From Botryllus schlosseri (taxonomy: Eukaryota): 64,000 nt of DNA. Location: the NCBI GenBank assembly GCA_051294905.1, contig CM119385.1:11842001-11906000 (forward strand). The letters are read 5' to 3'. Made by a program: the position numbers and the translations under genes. The notes beneath the pieces were generated by a model that saw nothing but the letters and a program-made list of their open reading frames with translations, was not told where the DNA came from and searched no databases. Of the stretch, positions 38,601 to 50,600 are shown piece by piece (the first letter of the stretch is position 1; each line of letters opens with the position of its first letter).

Positions 38601-41600
38601 GCTTTACCTCGGAGATTTTATGTCCGCCGGCTGCGTTTTTTCGCCGTACTTATCGCTGCTTTCCAGCACGGCGGCTTTAAAGTCCCGCATCTCGGCGCAG
38701 TCTTCGAAGGCCGCCGGCGAAGATTCGAGAAACAGCAGCAAGGACGCGACCGCCCGGTCGATGTCTTCGGCGGCGAAAGACGGCTTCACTCGAGACGGTA
38801 ACACCGCGAGCGAGAGAAGGTCTTCGAGGGTGTTCTGGAGAAAAAAGAGTTCAACAGTGCTGAACCGCTAGGAGCTGCAAAGATTACGGCCAGCGACGGA
38901 ACGTTTCAAGTCAATCTGGTCTACTTAACCTATGTTTTCCTGCTACTTCCGCTTCCGTTGAGCAACGAAGTACAGATTTTGTCTATTGCACTACTTATTC
39001 AAGACAATATGGTATTACACTTCTTCCACTTAACGGATTCTGAAGTAAAAATTCTTTTTTTTATTTAGACGGGTTCGCATCACTTTTACAAGCGAAGGTG
39101 TCACAACAAATAAGCAAAACAGCTGCACCGTATCATGGGAACCTTTCGGCATTGACAGCGATGATGCGTCTTTCAAATTTCGAAAACTATTTAAAGCATA
39201 TCTGCACCAAATCGTCTATTTTAATCTACTAGTGTGCTTAAACCTCCGATTTCCACTTTTACTGAAAGTGATTTTGGCATGTTTTGTAAATTGCTAAACT
39301 GCTTGCAACAGCATATAAATTTACAGTATTAGTTTAGTGATGTTGCAATGCTTACCTTTTGCGGAACACTTGTGCTTGTGTCTTTCAATTCACTCTCACT
39401 GGAATACTCAGTGGCTTCGGTAACATCAGAATCGTCTGCGCACGCCTTGTTCCCAAGTACGATGCTGGCCACGTGGACTTTAATATCATCTAACGACAGC
39501 ATCACGGCGTTATCGTTCGCCGGCCCGGTAGCAATGTCGGAATCGGAAACACATCGTCTAAGGTTGGACTTTATTTCTGGATTTTCTGATGTAGGCGCAG
39601 TAGCGCTGTCCAATTCGGACGGTGTGTCTTTATCTTGTGACTCCACTGCCGGGTCTAAATTTGTGGGTCCGAGCACGGCTTCGTCTGGCGGCGGGGAGTA
39701 TTTGACGACGGTTCTCAGGGTGTGCTGATTTTGCAGCAGCACGGGAAGAGCACGCAAGAGGTAGACAAAAAGGCGTAGTTGGCGATACTCGTACGTTTTC
39801 TGAAAGAAAAAGGATTCTTGTCAAGTCCAGAATTATAACGCTTCCGTCAAAAAGAATTATCACCTGGGCTGCCATGGACACTTATCAAAAATTAAGGACA
39901 GAGATATAAGCTCTGCATAGTATAACTGCAAAATTTGAGACAGCACTATAGTCGAAGTCTTACTCCCCTAGCAGCAGTCTATTAAGTTATCACTTTCACC
40001 TAGTTCCAATCACGGCTTCATTCACTGTTTCATAAAATTCCGCCTTTTAAAATAAGGACGAATCTTGTAAAGGTGATATAATCGGGGTTGTCGCCGAGTC
40101 ACAACGTTCAGAGTCGCCAGCCAATCTCACATTTATAGTTTTGACTCGAGTCAGAGTCATTTTTAATTCACCGCCGAGTCAAGTCTGAGTGGAAGTTGGC
40201 GAGCAGACAATCGAGTCTGAATCCCAGTGTTAAGACCAGAGTCCAAGTCATTGTGTTGACTGTTCAGTTTCAAGTCGAAGTATTGTTGAACCTACTTTTT
40301 TCGACTCTGCTTGGGATATCGAAAGATTCAAAATGTAGCAATTTTCCTCACTTGACACAGTTTCTGGTCGCATTTTCAATTACCCGCACTAATATACGGA
40401 ATACCAATAGTGTGGTAACATTACTATTATTCAAGGTTATAATGAATTGCATTTCTTGGGCGTTCGAGTCTCGAGTCATGTGACTTGGTCCACATCATAC
40501 GCAATGACTCAAGTACAAGTTGAGTTAATACACAGATTGACTCAACTCAAGTAAAGCCTAGCAACATTGTTCAAGATATAAATACAGAGTACCCAGCATG
40601 AAATACGATAACAAAGCTATGCTTTCACACAATAGAATTTGAGAAGTAATCCTATCTGCGTCTAGACATTGTTCACAAAACAACGCAGCCACATAGCTAA
40701 CAAAGCACCAAACCAACCGCTTCAGACTCTTGAAAATCTCCGAGCAAGACTCCGTCTTTAGGCCTGGCTCCGGACTGCTCAGTCTGCACTTCTTTCTGTT
40801 CCAAATTGGGGGTTGGTCCCAGCGCGATACGCAGCAACGAGCTGCAGACGGACACGAGTCCAGAGTCCCAAGGCAGCAGCCCCCAATCGAAACAATAGTC
40901 GGGGTCGCACGGACCCAAGCGGCGGGGCATGAAGTCGAGCTGCGAAGACTCCCTGTCACACAACCGCAAGAGTCGTGTTCGCGATCATGTTTTTATGATA
41001 TATTACACATAATATTACAATTAGAGATAGGAAGAATGGAAGTCGAGTAACTCTCAGCAAGACATCGTAACAGAATGATATGGACCTCATAATAATAATA
41101 TAACATGCACCTTCAAAAATACAATACGGCTTCTAAAGGGCTTCTTGGAGGTACAGAACTTCAATACACACTTGAATAGTATACTCATATTGAAATGAGC
41201 CCGAATATTTCCGGCTGACACTCGTCAGGGGTAATCGTCAGCCAACTAGCAGAGAATTGCAAAGGAACACTGAATGTCAACAATCGAATCACAAAATATG
41301 ACGCAAGCAGCATGAAATTCCGAATTATCGGGGCGTATCGAGTTCTGTAACTCAAAGAAGCTCCACAAATGGAAATAAGACAACAGACCAGCATCATTAG
41401 GGTTTCGTTACTAACTAACCACCTGTGGAAAATACGACGGGTCCCGTAATTAGGCAGTACCGCGTACAGCAATATACCCTCACCTTCTCTTGTCATCGTA
41501 AAAATACACCGTTACGAGGTTTTCCGGCGAGACGTTTACGATCGTCCCTTTTTCGTCGACAGTCCGCGGAAATTCCGCCTTGCGCACCACGTTACCGCCG

Positions 41601-44600
41601 ACGTACATCCGCTCGTCCACCCTGCCGATAACGGCCAACGCGCCAAACACCAGACTAACGCAATTGGCTTCGGACCGGCCCGACTCGATGAACGCGTCGA
41701 CGAGAAGCAGGGCGTTGATGATCATATCATTGATGGTGTCTTTCCACACACGTTTCGGATGTAACATTCTGAGAAAAAGCGGGGCACGCGATCACGCTTG
41801 GCAGAGACTGCTACCGCAGCTCAGAGCCAGAGCTGGTCAAAGTAGTCACTGTCGGTAGTGTCTAAAACAGTTGTTCCCGACCTTTTTTGATGTCAGAGCC
41901 TCATTTCAAACTTCAGAGTATGTATTGGAGCCGCATGAAAACACTCGAGTAGGCAGTACAATTTGAGAAGAAAAAAACGTCATTTTTGAACACACCTTAT
42001 TATTTGTATGAGGTGCTCCGCGACACAGCTCGCGTGGTCCGCAAATAACGATAAACCCGGCAGACATGACGTTTTCTGTCCTACTGCTGCAAATGAATGG
42101 CAATGTCCGTGAATCAAGCACATAAACGACGCCAATTCTTATGTACACAAATTACTTTGATCCCGCGTCGATTGGGATCCGATCGCCAAATTGCCAAGGG
42201 TGTTGAACAGATAGAACACCGTGTCCTTGTGACGATTGAGCCGCTCGAAATGGGGAGAAGCCAATAATCTTCCGTAAAGCCGAACGGCCTGCACTTGTTT
42301 CGGCATTTGCCTCCCGGTGACTGACGAGTAGTCGTGACCGATGTAATCTGAAGCAAGATGTCGATGTTACTCGACATGACATGTACAGTACCTGTGTATT
42401 GTATAGTCAACGTGATATTCTAGAATCTAGATTGCTGAAAATCAGCAAAAATACCTGTTTATATAGTGTGTAATATGTATATTAGGATTGAATAGTATAT
42501 CCATATTGATATGAACCCGAATATTTTCGGCTGACACTCGTCAGGGGTAATCGCCAGCAACTAGTAGAGAATTGGAAAGAACATTGAATATCAACAATCG
42601 TATCACAAAATATGACGTCACATGCATGAAATTTCAAATAATCGGGGCAGAAAGATCGCTCAAGCTCAACGTTCTATTTTTAGATGGTACACAAACTCCT
42701 GCTGACACAAATTGGGTTGGCGTAATTTGATAAAAGTCGACTCCAAAATTTGACTTTTATCAAATTACACCAACCAAACCTGTGCCTATAGAAGAAGTTT
42801 GTGTACATCTAAAAATAGCGCCTTGAGCTTAAGCGCTCTCTCCGCCCCAATTATTCGAAATTTCATGCCGGTGACGTCACATTTTGTGATAGGATTGTTG
42901 ATATACAATGTTCTTTCCAATTCACTACTAGTTGCTGACGATTACCCCTGACGAGTGTCAGCCGAAAATACCCGGGTTCATTTCAATATTTATATACTAT
43001 TCAATTGTATACTGAAGTTCTGTACCTCGAAGGTCTTCAAATATATATTAGGGTTGTTCAGAAGCAACTATTTATATAAATTTTACCGGCTGGTTGATTA
43101 ATTGGTAGGTTGGCTAAAATACACTGTGCATCCAATTTGGCTAATTACAATCAGTAGAGGCGAAGCTATTGGAGTTTGGAATTTATCAAAATTATTGAAA
43201 ATAAAATTTTCAAATTTTACTGAAATTGTTAAGATGTTTAAATAAAACGATGCATCTCAGGTTTGGCTCAATTCCAACCGGTAGAAGCGAAAATAATGAA
43301 GAAAATTTTGGATTTGAGAAAATAGTATTTACGGTAGGCAGCTATCAAATTTCCCACCATAACTACTATTATTTTAAAATACGAAACTTTATTCTTGAAC
43401 AACCCTACTAGATATTTTAATGCTTGTGGTGATTATACCAAATCAAAAACCATTAAACTGTAAAAACTAGCACGTCTTCTTTATCATCCAAATGTTGCAT
43501 AAAAGTGCAGGGTATTTCAGAGGCTACGGAAACGAACCTTGCAAACTAGTGATCCAATCTTGGGTAACAAAAACACGACATAAAGCGCTGTTGCCGAGTA
43601 AAGCACGGACAAAATAAAAGCTGGCCCAGTCGTCGTCAAACTCCTGCAATCAGAACGTGGTCGTGAACAACGTGAAATTTCCTAGCAACGCTGTCACTCA
43701 CCTCTATGAGTATATGGTCGGTAGCCGGATTTAGGATGTTCAACAGTCTCTTTGATACGATTCTGGCCGCGCCCTGGTTTACATCGTCCGAAGTCGCCAG
43801 CGTCAGAAATTGCATCTGCAAAATGATCTAGTGTGAAGATTACCGGGGTTGAAAACTGAAAATAAACTGTCACTATACCGGCAAACTCTAACTCAGTAAT
43901 TTCAGTCTGTGTCAGTCCACAAAATATATTACAATTTACTATCTCAATTGCAAGGTGAGAGAAGTCGGACACTCGTAATTTATTTAGAAAAAATAAGGGC
44001 CCATTTAGAGATTTGGTATGTATTCTTCAGCATATGATACACATGTTTCTTCCTGTCATAATACATTGATCATGGTCTACTGTGAACTCGTGCCGCAATA
44101 CTGAGCGTTGCGACAAACTGTTGAAAAGTAGCCTGCAATTTGTCCGAGACCAGTAATATGTGAGAGCTCTGAAGACTTTTCAAACAAAACTGTATCGTAG
44201 AGGCTAGAAAACGGAAAAAGTTGGGACTTTGCTTGCGGAAACTTTGATGGAGCCCTGCACGAGATGCAATACCAAAAAGACAGCGGTAAATTTTTGATGC
44301 AATTGCAGCTTCTAATGTTTACTTTTACGTTGCACGCTTTTGTAGAAATTACGTTTTGGGTTTTATCGCTCCCCAAGATAAGAAGGTCGCGACCACAAAG
44401 TTTTCGGGGCTTAGGCGCTTAGGTAGGAAGTCAGAAACACTGTGTTCATTTTTGGCCTTCGACATTCTTTCTTCGATATTCTGGATTAGTTTACCCTGGT
44501 TCGTTGTTAGTGTATGACATTATTTCATTTGAAAAACCATTTACTCTGGTTCTGGTTGACACGAAGATCGTCATCATATCGCCGGCACCAGTCACCGATA

Positions 44601-47600
44601 AACACTGTTTTTTTTTCTGTTTCGGTTGACGTAATAAATCTCTCTCTCTTTGCATTGGGAAATTTACGAGACTGCGAAGATAAAAACATCTCCGTGATTG
44701 CACCTGCATCGTGTAACTGCACGCTCTTTTGAGCAGCATGAGCGGGTAATCAAAGGATTTCGTCTTGTCCTTTTTCTTGATTTCGTAGTCCTCTTTCGGG
44801 ATTTTGTCCAGGCACGAGTGGCCTTCTTCGTAGCCTGCGCAGAAACGTTGCGGCTCGGCGAGCATGACGTCGTACTTGTCATCCTTCCCAAGTCTGCACA
44901 AAACATCAGAACGCACAATTTGTTAATCACCTACACTCGGCTGAACGCTTAGCTTGCAAAGCTTTTGTGGCATGAGATTAGCGAGCCATCCAACGTTAAC
45001 CTCAATACTAAAACACCATGTAAATTCGGTAGGATTATAACCAAATTGTTACAGATGAGCAAAAACATACCATCGTAAACTGACTATGGCATTGTAGTAC
45101 AGTAACTAACTATCGATTTATTTACATAAAGGTAACCAATGTGGCTTTAGTTTGGCAATAGTTTGCATTTTGTCGGTGGGAAAACTTGGAATAACCTCCC
45201 TGGGGAGCAGATACCAATACCGCCACGGCAATTTAAAACTAAATTTAAAAATTATCTTCTCCAAACGTACTTTTGATATTTCCTCATCTTTTATACAATC
45301 CTTGTTCTAAATTTATCCTTTATTACACCTTCATAAAAGTTTAACATCGCGTTGTTAGTCATGTATAAATTGAATGTTGACTCTACGCATATGTGTGTAA
45401 TTTGATATATATTATGTTCACGTAATTACCTATTATGCATGAAACACTCGAAGCGGGTGGCGACTGACTCTGAAGGCCTAACGGCTCCTCGTCGTCTCCC
45501 AGTCTATACATACCGCAATTTGTTTTGTATACTTCTTCATTTATTGATGTCACGAATAAAAAGCCTATCCATCTAAATATCTACCTTTCTATCTTTAAGC
45601 AACATAGAGCAGAACCGACAGCCAGGGCATGGTATGGTATGGATCGAAATTTCGGTATGGAGTATGGGAAGGTGTAAGTATGGTGTGGTACTTTGACAAT
45701 GATCTGACTTTCGATTTGTCGAATCGATTGCGTACCTCAGAAAATCAATCATTGACAGGTCTACGTTCATATCTCAAATTGCGAATCAGACTCATCCTCC
45801 TCAGTCGAAAGGTATTTGAAGAAAAAAAAGTTCTGCAACTCGGATATGAAGGAAAATAATATTAATCAAAATCAATATATCAATATAATATTCATGAATA
45901 TCATAAAAAGGAAGGATATTCGACCGCTGTCGCGTTACAGCTTACATTTCCTTTATCGTAACTACTACTCAGTAAACTACCAAGTACCATTAGGAGTTTT
46001 AAAATAAAAAAATAGAATATTATCTCTGAGACCTGAGAGGTTAGGCAACTTCTAAAATATGGAAAAAGTATCAAAATGTGATATGAAAGAATATTGCTAC
46101 GGTATGGAAAATTGCAAGAATGGAATCGAACGATTGAGGTGGGTATGGAGTATGGAAATTCCCCATTCCACACCATACCATACCACGCAGCAGAACGTAA
46201 GAGAATATAATGAGACGGTCACATCAAGGCAACAATGTACCGGGCAAAGGAACTAATCAGATAAAAGTAAACAATGCTAAATGACGGAACAACACACATA
46301 CATAATTTGACCCTGTGACCTCGATTCCAAAATTCACTCTTTTTCACACTACATTTTACCAGAACATATCAAAATCATTGCTCTGGACAACAACAAAAAT
46401 ACGGTACAGTTACCATATGAGGTCAAAGTAGTTGAGTAAGTAGCACAAGTAGGTAAAAACTAATTGAGTACTTCAAAAAAGTAGAAGTATTCTGCTACCG
46501 ATCATTGGCACCTTTGACTGTTGCAATATGGGTCCGAGATCCCCGCTTACTTCCGCAGGAATAGCATTTGGATTCTGACCGCAAACATACTTTGATTCAA
46601 ATCTTTGCCGGTCCTCACCTGTACGAGTTACATATGCCGGTCCTCTCCCATTTGACGCGGACCCAGCCGTCATCTTCCGGAAGGTCGATGACGCGCCCTT
46701 GACCGGGCGGGGAGCCGTCCTGCTCATCCCACTTCCAGTCCCTGCCCCTTACCACTTTCGTGCCGATAGAAACCATCGCCACAAGCTTCGGGCCGGCTTC
46801 GAGCTCCGGGTGACTGGCTTTCGATGATAACAGGGTCAAAGCGTCTTTTGGGTTGGCGTCAGCGTCGGGGTCTGCAAGGCGTTGAATATGGTAATATAGG
46901 GAGAGGAAGCAAAGATGAGACATGCATTTTTTCAAAGAACAATTTTCTAATGGGCGGATTCCTTCAACTATGTATTTTCCATTACGTCCTAAAATGTCGA
47001 GTCATTTTATGCATTCGAAAAAATGTCTAGTCGGGTCATGTCGGGTAACCAAAAAATCGCGACTCGAGTCGAGTCATGACTTGAGTCAATACAGCCCTGC
47101 ATTTCAGGCCGTAAAATCATTACTTCTACTTGGAATTGAGTAGAAATTTAGTGCGGTACTCTTATTTCTATTTGAGTAGCAAGACTGATTAATTCGAGGC
47201 TTATCGATATGCAATCCACTTCACCATGTCAGTTCCGCACCTGTCCATCTAGTACCACTATTTCATTATGTCACATTCTTAAGTTTTGCATAAAAAAATC
47301 GACTGACCCGAGTCATCGGCACGGGAACCGTCCATTTTGATACCGAATTCGCTCAATATGGTCAGGATTTTTTCGAGAAGAGTCTGGCAGCCCCAAAGCA
47401 CCGACTGCGCCAGGCAGCTTTCCTCGTAGCTCCACAAGAACTGCAAAGTCTGACTTTCCATTATCAAATTCCTGCAAGCACGGTTCGATTTCAAAAGATC
47501 GTCCGAAACTTTAAAGCGTAGTCGCGCCCTACATGCTTTGAGACAGCAACACCTGCTGGTCGATCGTGGACGACTTCACGGCCGACGCGCCGTCTCTTAC

Positions 47601-50600
47601 GTCGTCCGGATATTTTTCGCGGTTCTTTGCCAACGACAACGCTTCGATGGCTGTGCGCCTGAATTTTTCTACAATGTGTACACATAGGTCAACGTTATAT
47701 CTACGAAGCATCGCAACGGGTACGTTCTTACTTATCGCCCAGATTCCAAATTCTTTTTGCGCCAACTTGTAGCTGAAATCTACGGCGTAATTGACAGGTA
47801 TGCGTTGTTCCGTGGTGGCTACGACATCGTCTTTATCGGAAACTGGCTTGTCTTCGCTTGCTTTAGGATTACGCAGCTGTTCCATCTCTATTTTCTAATT
47901 AGTAGCACCGATTGTTGTATATAATCGTGATTTGAATAGTATATTCAATATGCATGTTGAAATGAACACGAATATTTTCACGTGACACTCGTCAGGGGTA
48001 ATCGTCAGCAACTAGTAGAAAATTGAGTTTTGAAAAGTGAGTAATTCTAGTTTCAAATTTTGAAAAGCGAGTTCTTCTAGTTTTAGTTGACAATTTTGAA
48101 AAGTGAGCAGTTCTAGTTCTAGTTATGAGTGTTGAATAGTGAGTAGTTCTAGTTTTAGTACTAGTTATGCATTTTAAAAATCCAGTCTGCCTCCGGTATC
48201 ACTTGGGTAAAACAGGACAAATTTAACCGCACACCAAAACAAACGGGCGAGTCACGTCGCACTCACTCTCGCCGCCTCTTTCTTCAAATACTTTTCTAGC
48301 GCGTTCGCCGGTATGCTGTCGGCCAGCTCGTCGAAAAGCGTGCTCCACGAAACTTGCAAGCAGAGATACGTCGACGGCGTCGCGTAGTCTTCGCAAAATA
48401 TTGCCAGCATCTCGCGGAGCGCGAGGGTCGCATTTCGAACGCTCGTCTGACACGTGGTGAGGGTGTCGCGAATCGCGCGCGAGTCCGTCTCTGAAAAAAC
48501 GACACTTGTCACCAGGGTTGTTACCAAGTCGCAAGGTTCCGAGTCGCAAGTCAATCTCATTTTTATAGTTTTGACCAGAGTCAAGTCGAGTCATTTTCAA
48601 TTTACCGCAGGTTGGGAACCACTGAAACACACCCATGCTTATTCAGTTTTCCCTGGCATCAATAGTTCGCTACTAGTAAAAACAGAGAGAAAAGACACGC
48701 AGCGAGTCAACAGATACTCACGGCAATTGAAGACATATTCTAAAATCGCATTTGTCGTGCTCTCCTCAATGGCTCCGGTTCCGTTTATGGTGTGTTTCAA
48801 ACTTTCAAAATCTGACTTTGAACTGACAACTGTATAAATCAGTCCCCAATAGTCGACCGGAGATTTCCTTTTTGGATTTTTGTTCTCTTTTTTCAACTGA
48901 AAAATAATCAGACCTTGGTTTAGATAAAGCCTGAATGAAAGGCAACAATTACCCATAAATTAGTCAAACGCTAAAAAGCAGACATTTCTATTCCTCACCT
49001 CTTCGGTAGACTCGTTGGAGTCGCCGGAATTCAGCACGTCGCTGAAATCATGTTTCTTGATCAAGTCAAACGCGGATTGCCAGCGGCTTTTGGGTCGAAG
49101 GCGTTGTCTCGTGCATGACGCCATGAACTTTAGTGGCGCCGGGGCGACATCGGTCAGCAAAAAACTCAAACGATCCAGCAGCGGCGTGCAAATCTCAGCA
49201 TATGACCTGAGACATAGAAATTAATTCTTATCAACAAACATTCTAGTATAACATGGGAATTTCGACTGAGTCTGAATGATACTATTAGCCAAGCACCTTT
49301 ATAACATTGACTACACAATTCGATAACGACAACAAATAAAATATGTCTTCAGACTTGTACACACCAAGTTCAGTAATGAAAATTTCCGAGAGAAACAAAT
49401 AACATTATGAATCATATACACCTTTGAGATTGGCTTACCCATTTCTCCATCGAAACAGATGGAAAACAACAACCTCAAGTGGAAATTAATTCTTATCAAT
49501 GAATAGTTTAAGTACGAAATGGGCATTTTGACTGAGCCTAAATGGTGATGAGCTGATAACAGTTGAAGCCTAGCTATAACAAAGAAAACTTCCAAGCAAA
49601 TGAATCAGACAATGATGAGTCATATACACATTTGAGATTGCGATCTTATCTAAGAGATTCTATAACTATATCTCCGACCAAAAAATTGCAAACAACATAC
49701 TTTCCCGAACTCTGATGTTCCTTGACTAGATTCAGTTTCGCTTTTCCGACAATCCTACAAAGTTCGACGATCGCAGCCGGGGTTTTCGCGTTCTTCGACA
49801 CGTTTGTCTGAGAGCCATAACGCAAAGCCATGTCCGCCAAGTTGTGATACTTGAGCAAGCACGCGAGCAGTCCTCGGCCAAACTGAAAACACGGCAATAT
49901 TGATGCATTCGCAACTGAAATGAATTATGTTGGAAAAATTACCGATGTTGATATACAATGTTTTCCCCAATTCTATACTAGTTTTCGACGACTACCCCTG
50001 ACTAGTGTCAGTCGGATATATTTGGGTCCATTTCAATATGAATATACTATACTATTCAGTTCTAGGTGTGGTTGCGAATTTTGAAAACCCAGTAGTTTTA
50101 GTATGTCTGGTTACCTCTTCCAGACAGAATTTCGCTTCGCTGCCACCGCTCGAGAAATATCCGATTTTCTTCGACATCTGTTCGAACTTCCTCAAGAAAT
50201 TGCACGCAGCCAACTCCATTTCTTTGCGTTCCCTTCCGTCGAACTGCGATTCGTTGATCACGAGCAGCAGAAGAAATTTCTGGATCGCGAGACTAGGTTC
50301 GAGACGATAGGGAGACGTGTTTGGTTCAAGCACTGACACAAAAAACAAGCTATAATCACACAGCAAATATTCAATTTGCGGTACGGTAAACACCTGAATC
50401 GTTATCAGCTGCATTTTCCTTGGCGTTTAGGCCGTGCTTGAATAGGCATCGCACGGGTTCCGGAATAGCGGTTAGTTTTTCGCGAGCCTTTTCGTGTTTC
50501 TGACAATACAGAATTGGAATGGAAGTCGCTCACCGATAAAGAAAATACAATTGAACAGGTTAAAAACACTGCAAATTACATCCCGTTTAACAGAGCAGCG

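Noticed and set aside
44077-44672. ORFs at 44077-44376 and 44525-44722 as extra exons or a nested gene
   Set aside because: The AG at ~44672 is only ~32 nt from the donor at 44703, no compatible donor or homology was found, and 44704/43815 joins in frame. This is not fully excluded without RNA data.
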